DNA of 64,000 nt from Nitrospirales bacterium (GTDB lineage: Bacteria; Nitrospirota; Nitrospiria; Nitrospirales; UBA8639), in assembly GCA_963555755.3 (NCBI GenBank), contig OY820905.2, positions 1,152,001-1,216,000 of the forward strand, read 5' to 3'. Below, in pieces: positions 31,116-44,487 of the stretch (its first letter is position 1; each line of letters opens with the position of its first letter). Below the pieces are notes generated by a model. The model was given only the letters and a program-made list of their open reading frames with translations, was not told the origin of the DNA and searched no databases. Made by a program: the position numbers and the translations under genes.

Positions 31116-31355
31116 ATGAGCAACGTAACCCGGCTTGAAAAAGAAATATTGGCCCTCCCACCGGAAGAACGGGAACGTCTCGCTTTGGCGGCATGGGAGA
31201 GTTTGGAAACCCAATCCGACAACCCCGATACCTTGCCCGACCAAGAAGGAATCACTCTCGCCCAACAACGCGACACTGAGTTGCAATCCGGTTCCGTCCA
31301 GCCTCTTACCCATTCAGAATTCTTACGACGCACAAATCCCGACGCGGCTGAATGA
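31116..31355 (+). CDS. Addiction-module antitoxin
   Basis: ILALPPEERERLA..AWESL...RDTELQSG. Confidence 0.8.
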   Translation: MSNVTRLEKEILALPPEERERLALAAWESLETQSDNPDTLPDQEGITLAQQRDTELQSGSVQPLTHSEFLRRTNPDAAE

Positions 31356-31645
31356 ACCTCGAATTTCATCCGCTCACTGCCTCCGATCTTAACCACGCGA
31401 AAACACACTACAACCAGAAACAACCAGGATTGGGTGATGAGTTTCGAGCCGAGGTTTATGCTGCTATTGACCGCATCGTCCGTCATCCACGCCAGTACCA
31501 TATCATGGAACGAAACATTCGGCGTTGCCTAGTACACCGCTTTCCCTACTCGATCTATTTCCGAATCGTTGACATGGAAACGGTCAGAATTTTAGTTATT
31601 CGTCATCATAAACGTCACCCAGAATTTGGTTTAGGCCGAGGATAG
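31352..31645 (+). CDS. RelE/ParE toxin
   Basis: FHPL...YNQKQPGLGDEF...RFPYSIYFR...HHKRHP. Confidence 0.85.
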   Translation: MNLEFHPLTASDLNHAKTHYNQKQPGLGDEFRAEVYAAIDRIVRHPRQYHIMERNIRRCLVHRFPYSIYFRIVDMETVRILVIRHHKRHPEFGLGRG

Positions 31646-31752
31646 CGGAAGAAAAGCAAGAAAACAGCCTCTGGCTACTCTCTTACCTTTCAACATGATA
31701 CCCTTGGAAAAAAGTGGGATGGTTTGCAGAAACTAAGGATTAAACCTTGAGT

Positions 31753-31777
31753 CCTGCGACAGCCTCAGGACGAACGG
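31753..31777. repeat. REP-like palindrome
   Basis: Minus strand ccgttcgtcctgaggctgtcgcagg, resembling the IS110 target. Confidence 0.55.
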
Positions 31778-31821
31778 ATATTGTTTATGGAAAATTGGGA
31801 AAAGAAAAAACTAAAGATACT

Positions 31822-32190
31822 TTACATCAAACGGCGTGAGGATAGTTTCTTTTTCGACTCTGGCTCTTTATTCGGCTCACAAATATCGCATTGGCACATC
31901 TTTCGAAGATTGCCAAAGGTGTACAGTCCAGTATCGTGTCCATCGCTCCAGATAAACCGCAGGGCATAGTTACCGACTTGTTCGATGTCTTTGAGCATCA
32001 TGAGCAGGGGCACGTCTTCGTCTTTGAGTTTGAGCGCTCCCGTCCATTCATCGGTGCAGGCGGCACACGGACAATGGAGTCGTAGATACCGAACGGGATA
32101 GACGCCTTTGTGGCCATCGCTCCATTCGATGCCAAAGATACCCTTTTCGATCCAGTTCATATCTGTGGGTTGGATAGTCTCAGTACTCAT
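31822..32190 (-). CDS. DUF971 (GBBH-like N-terminal) protein
   Basis: WSDGH, LRLHCPCAAC, VGNYALRFIWSDGHDTGLY. Confidence 0.9.
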   Translation of the reverse strand: MSTETIQPTDMNWIEKGIFGIEWSDGHKGVYPVRYLRLHCPCAACTDEWTGALKLKDEDVPLLMMLKDIEQVGNYALRFIWSDGHDTGLYTFGNLRKMCQCDICEPNKEPESKKKLSSRRLM

Positions 32191-32237
32191 TTATTACGAT
32201 ACCTTTGCTTTCTGAGAAAAAATGCCACAGTGAAATC

Positions 32238-32407
32238 CCCTCACCCTGCCCTCTCCCCTCATGGGCGAGGGTTTAATTTATCATAAATGTCATCCCTCTC
32301 TGTGGCAACGAGGGGTTGGGGGAGATTTTCTGTTTAGCTTTTCCCACCTATCGCAGACAATTTCCAAATGTTCTAAATCCCCCAAACCCCTTATGCGAAA
32401 GGGGGAA
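32238..32407. repeat. Cluster of three REP-like palindromes
   Basis: ccctcaccctgccctctccc..gggcgaggg and an inverted pair of aaatc(t)cccc...ggg units. Confidence 0.6.
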
Positions 32408-32415
32408 CCATTTGG

Positions 32416-33216
32416 TCAGGCGTTTTCTACGACTGAATCTATACTTTTCATGCCATACACAGGTGAGGGTTCGGCTGCCAAGAAATCTATGGCAGGCAAA
32501 GGCTTGTCTACGACGGCCCTCGCGTAGGTGTCAATAATTCCTTCCAATTCGCACCGCACTTGGCCTTCAGCTTTGAGGCGCATGGCTAAACCAAAACGCA
32601 TACGTCGCGCTTGCTGCACAAACGCGACACTTCCCGGAGACATCGGCAAACAATAGTCCCAACTCGCTTGTTCACAAGCCTGACACAGGAGGCCGCCAGC
32701 CGATGGTGAGAACTTTGTGATGCGCGAACCAACGTCCTTCCCGCAAGAGGCACAGTGATCAATCTGCGGACGAAACCCCGCATGGGTTAACACATGGATC
32801 TGAAAAATAAGCGTGGTCAGAACATGATCTTCTGATTCAGGCAATGCATGCAAGCCTTCTAAAAGCAAACGAAACATTTCGTGGCTCGGATCTCGTTCAG
32901 CGGTGATCCCTTCTACCAGAGACACCATTCTGGCTGCTGCAGACATTCGCTCCAGATCTTCGCGCAACGAGGCGAAGTGTTCCAGGATATCAACATGACT
33001 GATCGCGGCTAAGCTATCATTGCGCTTATCAAACAACGTAAGGTTCACACAGGTAAAGGGTTCGAGGGCTCCGCCAAAACGACTTTTTATTCGCCGGGCC
33101 CCGCGCGCAATCCCTCGCACTTTTCCGAGTTTGTAGGAAAAGAACGTGACGATGCGATCAGCCTCTCCCCATCGCATACTTTTGAGTGCTATCGCTTCTG
33201 TGGTGATGAGTGCCAT
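32416..33216 (-). CDS. recO: DNA repair protein RecO
   Basis: GEADRIV, ARGARRIKSRFGGALEPF, CxxC...CxxC; the ORF-track N-terminal extension derives from a repeat. Confidence 0.95.
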   Translation of the reverse strand: MALITTEAIALKSMRWGEADRIVTFFSYKLGKVRGIARGARRIKSRFGGALEPFTCVNLTLFDKRNDSLAAISHVDILEHFASLREDLERMSAAARMVSLVEGITAERDPSHEMFRLLLEGLHALPESEDHVLTTLIFQIHVLTHAGFRPQIDHCASCGKDVGSRITKFSPSAGGLLCQACEQASWDYCLPMSPGSVAFVQQARRMRFGLAMRLKAEGQVRCELEGIIDTYARAVVDKPLPAIDFLAAEPSPVYGMKSIDSVVENA

Positions 33217-33227
33217 AAAATTTCTAG

Positions 33228-33347
33228 CAGGATGTTGGAAACGTCTGTCCAGCAAGGCCGCAGGCACTTTGGCACGCGGAGCGTACGAGAGTACGTGAGC
33301 ATGACAAAGTGCCGAGAACGCCGCTGGCAGGCGTTTCCAACATCCTG
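33228..33347. repeat. Family C element between mgtE and recO
   Basis: caggatgttggaaacgtctg ... caggcgtttccaacatcctg with conserved core. Confidence 0.85.
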
Positions 33348-33349
33348 TG

Positions 33350-34786
33350 CTATCGGAAATGTTCCAGCATCATCGTTGCAAGCCCAAGATAAATCGTCAC
33401 GCCGATGATGTCCATGGCCGTGGTTATAAACGGACCCGCGGCCACCGCAGGATCGACCTTAAACTTTTTCAACAATAGCGGTGTCACCGATGCCATACTC
33501 GCGGAAATGAGAAACGTCATGAGTAGAGCCCCACCAACGACGACTCCGAAAATTCCACTGCCTTGCCAGACCCATCCTACTATCAACAACAACATTCCAC
33601 AGATAAGCCCCAACACCAATCCAATGCGCAATTCGCGAAACACGACTTTCCAAATATCACTCAAATCCACCCGTCCGGTGGCCAGCCCGCGAATGATGAG
33701 CGTGGATGATTGCAGGCCAAGGTTTCCACTCATGGCAGCGATGACGGGAATAAACGTCACAATGATGACGACTTCCTGAATCGTAAACCGAAACCACCAC
33801 AGGATGAATCCTGACACGAGGCTCCCGACCAAATTCGTAAACAGCCATGGCAGTCGAAGCCCAACCGCTTGAAGGCTGGACCTGTGCATCTCTGCATCCT
33901 CCTCAGCAGCGCCTGCCATCTTGAGCATATCTTTCGTGTCTTCTTCTCGGATCACGTCCACCACATCGTCCACGGTAATAATACCAACCAAACGTCCATC
34001 ATCCCCCACCACAGGGATGGCCAAGAGATTATAGGTGGCCACTTGTCGGGCGACTTCTTCCTGATCCGTATCAACCGTGACGCTCAGCACTTCTCGCGTG
34101 AGCATGTTTTTCAACGGGGTCGTAGGGGCAACCACGAGAAGTTCTCGTAAGGACACCACGCCCGTTAACTTTTCATTTGGATCGGTTACATAGATATAAA
34201 ATACAGTTTCGGCTTTAGTGGCTTGTTGCAGACGTTGGATAGATTCCTGCGCGGTAGTGCCTTCGGGAAGTGCCAAAAACTCCGTCGTCATGATGCTCCC
34301 GGCCGTGCCTTTAGGATAGGCCATCAAGTTCACGACTTCTTGAGATTCTTCTACCTTCATCAACGGCAAAATTTCTTGTGCGCGTTCATCCGGCAACACG
34401 CCTAGGATATACGCGACATCATCCGCCGGCACAAAACGGAGCATCCAGGTAATTTCGGCTGCATTGCGATCTTCTAAGACCTGCGGAATCATTTCCTCAC
34501 TCAACTCACTGACGACCTGCCCTTGTTCAGGAATGCCCTTCACCAACTCAAAAATTGTTTGGCGCTCCTGGGGCGAATCAAGATGCATAATGACCCGTGC
34601 GATGTCAGCAGGATGTAACCGGTTAATCAAATTAGTAAGATTTGCAATCGCACCTCGTTTGAGCAGCCGACGCACGGAGAGCAACACCACATCAAATTTA
34701 CTTTGATGGCTATTCTCCATGAGGAGAGCCTCAGACTGAGTTTCTTCCCCAACGGTGGGATCTGTGATTTTGACTGGATCGATCAT
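33350..34786 (-). CDS. mgtE: Magnesium transporter MgtE
   Basis: HPADIA, CBS pair, GIITVDD, RLPWL, DPAVAAGPFITT..D. Confidence 0.95.
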   Translation of the reverse strand: MIDPVKITDPTVGEETQSEALLMENSHQSKFDVVLLSVRRLLKRGAIANLTNLINRLHPADIARVIMHLDSPQERQTIFELVKGIPEQGQVVSELSEEMIPQVLEDRNAAEITWMLRFVPADDVAYILGVLPDERAQEILPLMKVEESQEVVNLMAYPKGTAGSIMTTEFLALPEGTTAQESIQRLQQATKAETVFYIYVTDPNEKLTGVVSLRELLVVAPTTPLKNMLTREVLSVTVDTDQEEVARQVATYNLLAIPVVGDDGRLVGIITVDDVVDVIREEDTKDMLKMAGAAEEDAEMHRSSLQAVGLRLPWLFTNLVGSLVSGFILWWFRFTIQEVVIIVTFIPVIAAMSGNLGLQSSTLIIRGLATGRVDLSDIWKVVFRELRIGLVLGLICGMLLLIVGWVWQGSGIFGVVVGGALLMTFLISASMASVTPLLLKKFKVDPAVAAGPFITTAMDIIGVTIYLGLATMMLEHFR

Positions 34787-34796
34787 ATCGTTCTTA

Positions 34797-34954
34797 GGGT
34801 TCGCGCAAAAATACCTTTGCCTTTTTGGGTGCCGAGACGCCTGTCTGGCAAGGCGCGAGGACTGCGCATACTCCTCGGTATGTAAAGGACGAGCAACGCC
34901 GCCAGACGGGGTGGATCGACGCCAAAAAATGTGAAGGCATTTTTGCGCACACCC
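34797..34954. repeat. Family A element abutting the era stop
   Basis: TTA on both flanks; diverged arms that still pair. Confidence 0.85.
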
Positions 34955-35842
34955 TTAATATCCCAACTCGACGAGCAAGCGCTCATTGTCCCGCCAGGCA
35001 TCTTTGACCTTCACATGCAGATCGAGAAATACTTTCACATCCATTTCACGTTCAAGGTCAAGACGTGCCGCCGTCCCAATTTCCTTCAGTCTCGCTCCGC
35101 CCTTTCCAATGACAATGGCCTTTTGTCCTGGTTTTTCTACCATAATTGAGGCTGCAATCGAACACAGCCGGCCCTGTTCCAGAAATTCATCAATATGAAC
35201 TGCCACGGCATAGGGCAATTCCGCCCTCGTTTGTTCAAGAACTTTTTCGCGAACAAGTTCTGCAGCTAATTGCCGCATGGACTGATCCGTCACAAAACCA
35301 TCATCGTACGCGCCCTCTTGTTCCGGGAATCGGGCAAAGGCCAAATCCCGTAATCGATCAACATTTAACCCCGTCATCGCGGACAATGGGATGATTTCCG
35401 ACCACTCACCCAGGGACTGGTAGGCTTCGATCACCGGGAGCACTTTCGGCTTTCGGATGAGATCGATTTTATTGACCAGCAAAAATACGGGGAGACTTTC
35501 GGACCGATCAGGTAAGGAAAACACTTGTTTGATGACCGCTCGATCCCCTGCACCAGGCATCTTCCGTCCATCCACCATCACCGCAAGCAGATCCGCATCG
35601 TACACCGTATCTAACGCTGCCCGCACCATACGCTTATTGAGCCGATGCCACGGCCGATGCAAACCCGGCGTATCCAGCAGAGCAAGTTGTCCTTCTGGAA
35701 AATGTGCAACGCCAAGAATGCGCGACCGCGTGGTCTGGGGCTTATCAGACACGATCGCAATCTTTTGTTTGACAAGCGTGTTCACGAGCGTAGACTTTCC
35801 AACATTCGGGCAGCCCAATATGGCTATGGTTCCAAATTTCAT
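34955..35842 (-). CDS. era: GTPase Era
   Basis: GCPNVGKST, KPQTTR, DTPG, NKID, KH domain VIGKGG. Confidence 0.97.
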   Translation of the reverse strand: MKFGTIAILGCPNVGKSTLVNTLVKQKIAIVSDKPQTTRSRILGVAHFPEGQLALLDTPGLHRPWHRLNKRMVRAALDTVYDADLLAVMVDGRKMPGAGDRAVIKQVFSLPDRSESLPVFLLVNKIDLIRKPKVLPVIEAYQSLGEWSEIIPLSAMTGLNVDRLRDLAFARFPEQEGAYDDGFVTDQSMRQLAAELVREKVLEQTRAELPYAVAVHIDEFLEQGRLCSIAASIMVEKPGQKAIVIGKGGARLKEIGTAARLDLEREMDVKVFLDLHVKVKDAWRDNERLLVELGY

Positions 35843-35909
35843 AAACAGTTCCTCATGGCCTTGTGGCCCACTTATGTGTGATGAAAAGGTGAGAGTCAGT
35901 CAGGATGAA

Positions 35910-36066
35910 GAGTTCGCGCAAGAATAACTTCCCCTGTTTGGGCGCTGAGACACCTGTCTGGCAAGGCACGAGGACTGCGCAGACTCCTCGTATGGAAAGA
36001 ACGAGCAACGCCGCCAGACGGGATGGATCGACGCCCAAACATGGGAAGTTATTCTTGCGCGAGCCC
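35910..36066. repeat. Family A element
   Basis: 157-bp homolog of 3885-4041. Confidence 0.9.
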
Positions 36067-36208
36067 TTACTATTTCCAAAGCAGGTTAAAAAAGATTTAC
36101 GCGTGGAAGGGACAAACACGGGAAAGGCATGGGCACTTCAATGGCTCATCATCAATATTCCCTCCCGTTTTAGCTTGGTCTCTCCACAAAAATCAGGGAC
36201 ACGTGTAT

Positions 36209-37872
<1,664 letters not shown>

Positions 37873-38023
37873 TCACGTTCGTGAGCACCAGTTTCTGTGC
37901 CCATCATACTAATTTTCTCACTTTTGACAAGCTCAAATGAACCTAGAAACGGTAGTTGGGCGCAAAAAAGACGTGTAAGATATTGGGGTGCATGGTGAAA
38001 TACAAAAAGTCGTGGTCACCTTA

Positions 38024-38180
38024 GGGTTCGCGCAAGAATACCTTCCCCTGTTTGGGCGTCGATCTATCCTGTCTGGCGGCGTTGCTCGTCCTTTCCATAC
38101 GAGGAGTATGCGCAGTCCTCGCGCCTTGCCAGACAGGTGGCTCAGCACCCAAACAGGGGAAGGTATTCTTGCGCGAACCC
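38024..38180. repeat. Family A element
   Basis: Compensatory pair ataCcttcccc / ggggaagGtat. Confidence 0.9.
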
Positions 38181-38295
38181 TCTGTGGTGATGAGACATTT
38201 TTGTATTTTATCAGGTGCGCCAAGAGCTTGCGCGGACTTTTGTGATCCAACTGCGGTTTCTAGGTTGAACAGGGAAAATCGCAGAGAGAGTGAAC

Positions 38296-39726
38296 TTATG
38301 AAGACAGGGCGCGTTTGAGGAGTTCGTTGACTTTTTTCGGGTTGGCCTTTCCACTCGAAGATTTCATGACTTGGCCAACAAAAAACCCGAGCACGGTTTC
38401 CTTCCCACCACGGAATTGCTCAACCTGCCCCGGATTCTTTTCCAGTACTTCTTGAACCAGTTTTTCCAATGCGCCTTCATCAGAGACTTGTTGCAGACCT
38501 TTTTCCTCGACTAATTGCACGGCTGATTTCTCTCCAGCATACAGCTCCGGGAAAATGTCTTTCGCCGCCTTCAAGCTAATGGTGCCGTCGTGAACCAATT
38601 GCAACAATTCCACCAAACGATCCGGCGAAACAGGTGAGGATTCCACAACCGTCCCGGCTTGGTTGAGCTCTCGCAACAGTTCGCCCATGATAAAATTACT
38701 GATAATTTTTGGTTCAGCAAAAAGCTGAACGCATGATTCAAAATAGTCAGCCAACTCCCGAGATTTGGTTAGCACCCCGGCATCATACTCCGGCAGACTA
38801 TATTCAGTGAGAAACCGTTGTTGGCGGACTTGGGGCAACTCCTGCAGGGTGCCTCGAAGTTCATCGATCCATTCATCAGAGATCGACAGCGGCAAGAGAT
38901 CGGGGTCGGGAAAATAGCGATAGTCATGCGCTTCTTCCTTGCTTCGCATGACGACGGTTTGCCCGAGGTTGATATTCCACAGCCGCGTTTCCTGGCAAAC
39001 CTTCCCTCCATCGGTCAACACCTTCGTCTGCCGTTTGATCTCGTATTCAGTCGCGTCTTTGACGAACTTAAACGAATTAATATTTTTCAGTTCGACTTTG
39101 GTGCCGAGCGTATCCGACCCTGTGGGCCGAAGCGAAATATTGGGTTCGCACCGAAAACTCCCCTGCTCCATCTCGCCATCGCACACGTCGAGATAGACCA
39201 ACACATCGCGAAGGGATTTCAAATAGGCGACCACTTCGTCAGCCGAATGCATATCCGGTTCGGTCACAATTTCTAATAATGGCGTTCCGGCCCGATTCAA
39301 GTCCACGTAACTATGGCTGTCTTCACCTGCATGAATATTTTTCCCCGCATCTTCTTCTAGATGGGCGCGCCGAATCCGCACGCGTTTCGAAGACCCGTTG
39401 ACGTTCAGATCGATCCACCCCCATTCGCAAATGGGCTCTTCGTATTGGGAAATCTGATACCCTTTGGGCAGGTCAGGATAGAAATAGTGTTTCCGCGCAA
39501 AAATATTCGTGGAACGAATCGAACAGTTCAAGGCGAGTCCTGTTCGAATCGCCATTTCTACGGCGCGTTTATTGATGACTGGAAGCGAGCCTGGCAATCC
39601 CAGGCAGACTGGGCAGGTTTGGGTGTTGGGCGGATGCCCAAATTCCGTCCTACACCCACAAAATATTTTGGTGTTCGTTCGAAGTTGGGCATGGACTTCG
39701 AGACCAATGACCGTTTCGAACGTCAC
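38296..39726 (-). CDS. gatB: Asp/Glu-tRNA amidotransferase subunit B
   Basis: [33 protein letters not shown]. Confidence 0.98.
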   Translation of the reverse strand: MTFETVIGLEVHAQLRTNTKIFCGCRTEFGHPPNTQTCPVCLGLPGSLPVINKRAVEMAIRTGLALNCSIRSTNIFARKHYFYPDLPKGYQISQYEEPICEWGWIDLNVNGSSKRVRIRRAHLEEDAGKNIHAGEDSHSYVDLNRAGTPLLEIVTEPDMHSADEVVAYLKSLRDVLVYLDVCDGEMEQGSFRCEPNISLRPTGSDTLGTKVELKNINSFKFVKDATEYEIKRQTKVLTDGGKVCQETRLWNINLGQTVVMRSKEEAHDYRYFPDPDLLPLSISDEWIDELRGTLQELPQVRQQRFLTEYSLPEYDAGVLTKSRELADYFESCVQLFAEPKIISNFIMGELLRELNQAGTVVESSPVSPDRLVELLQLVHDGTISLKAAKDIFPELYAGEKSAVQLVEEKGLQQVSDEGALEKLVQEVLEKNPGQVEQFRGGKETVLGFFVGQVMKSSSGKANPKKVNELLKRALSS

Positions 39727-40052
39727 AGTTTCGACGTCGGTTCGTCACGAGATGAATCACGAACAGGCCGCATCGCCTCTCGACCGGCATCCACGGCATC
39801 CTTCACCACCGAACTGGCTTCGGATATAAATTCGCGGCTTTTATCGACGACATCATCCCATGTATCGGTGGCACGATCCGATACATCCTTAAAGTCGTCT
39901 CCCGCGCGTCGAGCCGCTCGCAACAGCCCATCTCGCGACTCCTGTCCAGTTTGTGGAGCTAACAAAAATGCAGTGGCCGCCCCTAACAAAATGCCGCTTA
40001 AAAAGGCCAGCGCCACGCTTCCAGCGGATGCCCCAGAATTATTTTCTCCCAT
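39723..40052 (-). CDS. YtxH-domain protein
   Basis: [24 protein letters not shown]. Confidence 0.85.
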   Translation of the reverse strand: MGENNSGASAGSVALAFLSGILLGAATAFLLAPQTGQESRDGLLRAARRAGDDFKDVSDRATDTWDDVVDKSREFISEASSVVKDAVDAGREAMRPVRDSSRDEPTSKL

Positions 40053-40443
40053 TGTCCTGCCCTCCTTCTTTATGAACCCGATCTTTAATTGTCGTCGCCG
40101 CCGCCTTCATCCCTGAAAAGACTCGCGCAAGACTGACGATGACTGCACTACTCTTGCCCCTCACGACCTCATGCACTTGATTGACCGTTTGCCCGACCTC
40201 ACCAATAGCATTCATTAGCACAGACGCCCGATCGACGCCTTCCTTAGCTTGCGTGGTCATGGCATGGACATTCTCGCTGGTGCCTTTCAACTCTTTGAGC
40301 AATCCCGGCAAATCACTATTCACTTGAGCCAAAAGCCGCTCGGACTGAGCCACCGTCCGCCGCAACTGAATCACGGTCGGCACGAGATAGCCCACCAACA
40401 CTAAAAAGGCTACGGCAATCACCACTGCGGAAAAGTCAACCAT
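40039..40443 (-). CDS. DUF948 (YoxC-like) protein
   Basis: N-terminal TM plus coiled coil, paired with YtxH. Confidence 0.75.
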   Translation of the reverse strand: MVDFSAVVIAVAFLVLVGYLVPTVIQLRRTVAQSERLLAQVNSDLPGLLKELKGTSENVHAMTTQAKEGVDRASVLMNAIGEVGQTVNQVHEVVRGKSSAVIVSLARVFSGMKAAATTIKDRVHKEGGQDNGRK

Positions 40444-40457
40444 GCATTACCCTTTCG

Positions 40458-41927
40458 TTACCGGATTGTGGGCCGTTTCTTTCGCCAATTGGTCACCAGT
40501 TCATACGCACGCGCGACGCGCAAAACGGTTTCCTCTTCAAAGGGACGGCCCATAATTTGCAATCCTATAGGAAGCCCATGCTGGCTGAAGCCACATGGGA
40601 TAGATATCGCCGGGATCCCGGCCAAACTTGCTGAGATAGTATACAGGTCTGACAAGTACATTTGTAAAGGATCTTCGATTTTCTCCCCCAATTGAAAGGC
40701 TGGGGTTGGCATGACCGGCGTCACCAGTACATCAACTTCTTCAAAGGCCTGATCAAAGTCCTGCTTGATGAGCGTTCGTACAGCTTGGGCCTTAGAATAA
40801 TAGGCATCATAGTACCCGCTGCTCAACGCGTAGGTGCCGAGCATAATCCGGCGTTTGACTTCTGGACCAAACCCCTCTTGACGCGTGGTTCGATACATGT
40901 CTAACAAATCCTGACATTCTTTGGAACGCAGGCCAAATTTCACACCGTCATAGCGAGCCAAGTTCGAACTGGCCTCGGCAGTCGCCACAATGTAATACGT
41001 GGCCACGGCCACACCGGTGTTGGGAAGAGACACGTCCTTGAGTTCCCCGCCCAACGCATTGAATACCTCAATGGCTTCCCGTACGGCCTCTTCAACTTCA
41101 GGGTCAAGGCCCTCAGCAAAAAATTCGCTTGGAACCCCGAGCTTGAGTTTTTTGACATCTTTCTTTTTAAACGCGCGGGTGAAATCCGGGACATCTACAT
41201 CGGCAGACGTGGAATCCATCGGATCCTGGCCCGCCAAGACATTCAGCATCAGCCCCGCATCATACACATCCTTCGTGATCGGCCCAATTTGATCGAGCGA
41301 CGAGGCAAAGGCAATCAGTCCATAACGGGACACACGACCGTAGGTGGGTTTTAACCCGACCACACCGCAGCAGGCAGCAGGCTGCCTGATCGATCCTCCG
41401 GTATCCGTACCGATAGCAGCCACACATTCATCCGCAGCCACGGCTGCAGCGGACCCGCCACTTGACCCACCAGGCACATGACTGAGCTTCCAGGGATTTC
41501 GGCTAGGGCCAAATGCCGAGTATTCCGTAGACGATCCCATGCCGAACTCGTCCAAATTCGTTTTACCAATTGGGAAAAATCGCTGCTCACGAAACTTGCC
41601 GACAACGGACGCATCATACGGAGGTTGGAACTGGCCAAGGATTCGTGAGCCGCACGTCGTGGGCAAATCCGAGGTACAAATATTGTCTTTGATCGCGATA
41701 GGCATGGCCATGAGTGGTAAGGTTTTCCGCCACGATTTCAACTCTTCGTCGATAGCTTTGGCTTGGGTAAAAATGGTTTCCTTGTCATTCACCGTCACAT
41801 AGGCTTTGACTTTGGATTCCACCACGCTCAACCGCAAGTAAAACGCTCGCGCAATCTCATACGCACTCGCGTCCCCGCAGGTGAAGGCATCTTGTAATTC
41901 TTTCAGGGTTAATTTGAAGAGTGACAT
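40458..41927 (-). CDS. gatA: Asp/Glu-tRNA amidotransferase subunit A
   Basis: [34 protein letters not shown]. Confidence 0.98.
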   Translation of the reverse strand: MSLFKLTLKELQDAFTCGDASAYEIARAFYLRLSVVESKVKAYVTVNDKETIFTQAKAIDEELKSWRKTLPLMAMPIAIKDNICTSDLPTTCGSRILGQFQPPYDASVVGKFREQRFFPIGKTNLDEFGMGSSTEYSAFGPSRNPWKLSHVPGGSSGGSAAAVAADECVAAIGTDTGGSIRQPAACCGVVGLKPTYGRVSRYGLIAFASSLDQIGPITKDVYDAGLMLNVLAGQDPMDSTSADVDVPDFTRAFKKKDVKKLKLGVPSEFFAEGLDPEVEEAVREAIEVFNALGGELKDVSLPNTGVAVATYYIVATAEASSNLARYDGVKFGLRSKECQDLLDMYRTTRQEGFGPEVKRRIMLGTYALSSGYYDAYYSKAQAVRTLIKQDFDQAFEEVDVLVTPVMPTPAFQLGEKIEDPLQMYLSDLYTISASLAGIPAISIPCGFSQHGLPIGLQIMGRPFEEETVLRVARAYELVTNWRKKRPTIR

Positions 41928-42001
41928 GACAGGGAAAACAACAACTTACAAATATCAAATCCACCAAGCAAACATGCGTACCGGGGCTCACAGAAAAACG
42001 A

Positions 42002-42358
42002 CTAGGGGGTGTTAACTATTCGATTATGCTCATCGACTTGAATAATCTTGGGACGATGATGTTTCGCTTCCTCATCATTATAATATTCATAACAAAAAAT
42101 GATGACATGGTCCCCCGTCACCCCTTTTCGAGCCGTGGGACCGTTTAAGACCACCTCTCCAGATCCGCGTTTTCCATTGATGGCGTAAGTGGTAAAACGC
42201 TCGCCATTATTTAAATTTGAGACCATCACCAATTCATACGGCAAGATTCCTGCGGCATCTAACAAGTCCTCATCGACTGTCAAACTACCCTCATAATCCA
42301 AGCAGGCATCGGTCACGACTGCGCGGTGAATTTTGGCTCGCAACATTTGACGTAACAT
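42002..42358 (-). CDS. panD: Aspartate 1-decarboxylase
   Basis: KIHRAVVT...YEGSLT, NGERFTTY. Confidence 0.95.
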   Translation of the reverse strand: MLRQMLRAKIHRAVVTDACLDYEGSLTVDEDLLDAAGILPYELVMVSNLNNGERFTTYAINGKRGSGEVVLNGPTARKGVTGDHVIIFCYEYYNDEEAKHHRPKIIQVDEHNRIVNTP

Positions 42359-42374
42359 GAGTATATTCCTTCCA

Positions 42375-42536
42375 AGAGGCTGTCCAAGTTTAGACCGATC
42401 TACTGCGAGTGCCCTGGATTTGGCCAGATGTTTCGATCCTCTGCGTTAAATAGCCCAACTATTCGCCTCAAACGACCGAAACAGCTGCCTCAAACATGGA
42501 CACCCTCGCGACGATCGCTAATCTCGGACAGGCTCC
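42375..42536. repeat. Family B element (empty, 162 bp) next to the gatC stop
   Basis: gaggctgtccaag ... ctcggacaggctcc. Confidence 0.85.
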
Positions 42537-42537
42537 T

Positions 42538-42831
42538 TCACCGATCACTAATAATTTTAGGCACCTGAAATAAGCCATCTTTCGCTGCCGGAGCATTTCC
42601 CACGGCCTTCTCCTGAGGCACTGATTCACGAACCTCATCCTCCCGCAATACATTGGCCTGCCTCACAACGGAAGCCATAGGCCTCACGCCCTCGGTATCC
42701 ACCTGATTGAGCTCTTCCATATAAGTCAAAATGCTGCTGAGATGATGGCTTAGCTGCTCTTTCTCGCTCTCGCTCACTTGCAGCCTGGCTAAATCAGCGA
42801 CATGTTCTACTTCTTGCTGGCTTAGTTTCAC
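42538..42831 (-). CDS. gatC: Asp/Glu-tRNA amidotransferase subunit C
   Basis: VEHVADLARL...NVLRED...FQVPKI. Confidence 0.95.
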   Translation of the reverse strand: MKLSQQEVEHVADLARLQVSESEKEQLSHHLSSILTYMEELNQVDTEGVRPMASVVRQANVLREDEVRESVPQEKAVGNAPAAKDGLFQVPKIISDR

Positions 42832-43169
42832 AGTTAAAGGATTCCCATCTTCTAACCTTCAAGGCCGTCAGCCCCAATCCCGCCCTTGACTCTCCCTCTT
42901 CGGTCCCTATTTGACCATGAATTCATAGGACAGGGCAACGATTTGTGGAGCGGTATTTGTAGCATGAAGCCCTAGACAAAATCTACTGACCGTTCACTTC
43001 CTCACAAGGCACCCCAACACCCACAATTGGCCCAACAGGACCGAATTATCCTGTACAAGGACAAGATTCTGATGCTATGATGGTTTAGTGTTTTGGTGAT
43101 TACTGAACCTAGAAGCGACAGTTGGATGCATAACGGTCGTTTCTAAGTTAAAAAAATTGGAGATGTGGG

Positions 43170-43409
43170 ATGGCACGCTTAACAATAAGCCTTTCAGACG
43201 AAAGGCATGTGGCGCTCAAGGAAGCCGCGGCCCGTCGAGGCAAAACAATTGGGGAGCTAATCGAAGAGAGTCTGGAATCATACGGGATCAAAACCAGACA
43301 GGAAGCATCGGCTTTGGTGGCCAAAGCTCGAGCCCGATCTCACCTGAGCCCCAACGCGGCAATGGAGATCGCCGTATCAGAAACACGGGCACAGCGGCGG
43401 CGAAAATAA
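43170..43409 (+). CDS. CopG/RHH antitoxin
   Basis: RLTISLSDERHVALKEAA; directly upstream of a PIN gene. Confidence 0.8.
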   Translation: MARLTISLSDERHVALKEAAARRGKTIGELIEESLESYGIKTRQEASALVAKARARSHLSPNAAMEIAVSETRAQRRRK

Positions 43410-43410
43410 C

Positions 43411-43839
43411 ATGCCGCATCATTTCACTATCATCGACACCAATATCCTCGTCAGCGCACTTATCACGAATCAAAACGGGAGCCCCACTTGTCAAATTGTC
43501 GATGGCATGCTTCGGGGAGGATTTCCCTTCCTATTGTCTATTGATCTTTTAGCTGAATATCGAACAGTCTTATTGCGTCAAAAAATCAAAAAGCTACATG
43601 GGCTGACAGAGGAAGAAATTGACATAATTGCCACGGAGATCACGGCGACTGGAATGGTCAGAGATCCGCCCACTGTTCGAATCAAAGGCCTTGATCCCGG
43701 CGACCAACACGTATGGGACTTAGTCAATTTCCACCCAAATACCACACTCGTCACCGATGACCATGCTCTACGAAAAATAGCTCTCAAACATTTTTCCGTG
43801 CTCACTCCCCAAGAGTTTGTTGGGTTGGCCCTGAAATAA
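43411..43839 (+). CDS. PIN-domain toxin
   Basis: IIDTNILVSAL, DPGDQHV, LVTDD. Confidence 0.85.
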   Translation: MPHHFTIIDTNILVSALITNQNGSPTCQIVDGMLRGGFPFLLSIDLLAEYRTVLLRQKIKKLHGLTEEEIDIIATEITATGMVRDPPTVRIKGLDPGDQHVWDLVNFHPNTTLVTDDHALRKIALKHFSVLTPQEFVGLALK

Positions 43840-43901
43840 GTTGTTTCACTCAACATAGAAACGGCAATTGAATGTAAGCCCAGTCATGTACCCGACCATA
43901 A

Positions 43902-44042
43902 GGGCACCTCTACAAACCAGGCATTTTTTGTGAGGGCAAGGAAGCCGCGCGCGGAAAACCGGAGTGTATGGGCGAATACATGAGGATGTGAGCACGTGGC
44001 TGACGCCGCCATCACGAAAAAGGACGGTTTTTAGAGGTGCCC
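43902..44042. repeat. Family D element
   Basis: Inverted homolog of 19403-19543. Confidence 0.85.
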
Positions 44043-44172
44043 TTAATTTTGTTAGGACAGAAAAGGAACTACCTCCTTGACCGGAGGCTTATAATGGGTG
44101 ACCGCAATCTTAAATTCTGTGGAAAAGCAGGTCCGGACGATCCTTGTGAATAAGTCAATACTCATGCCTGAC

Positions 44173-44205
44173 CCCAAACAGAGGAAGTTATTTTTGCGCG
44201 AGCCT
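44173..44205. repeat. Solo arm of a family A element
   Basis: cccaaacagaggaagttatttttgcgcgagcc. Confidence 0.6.
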
Positions 44206-44241
44206 AGGAACTGCGACCTCGATCCCATGATTCACGGCCGA

Positions 44242-44487
44242 TCAACCAGAATACCCACATTCCCTCATCATCTCGCTCACCTTTTGGTTTTCACCGGCTC
44301 GCCTGACAAGATCCTCGCCGATTGCATTCATGTCCCAATCCATGACAGGGATGTTCCACGATAACTTTTCCCCATCCCATTTAAAGCACACATTTCCAAG
44401 CTGAACCGACCCAGGTTTCTCATCAAAAATTGGCAAAATCATGTCTTCAATGCTCACTCCAATGTCATCATCTTCCACTTCTTCCAT
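44242..44487 (-). CDS. Small acidic hypothetical protein
   Basis: RBS aaggaggg before the ATG. Confidence 0.6.
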   Translation of the reverse strand: MEEVEDDDIGVSIEDMILPIFDEKPGSVQLGNVCFKWDGEKLSWNIPVMDWDMNAIGEDLVRRAGENQKVSEMMRECGYSG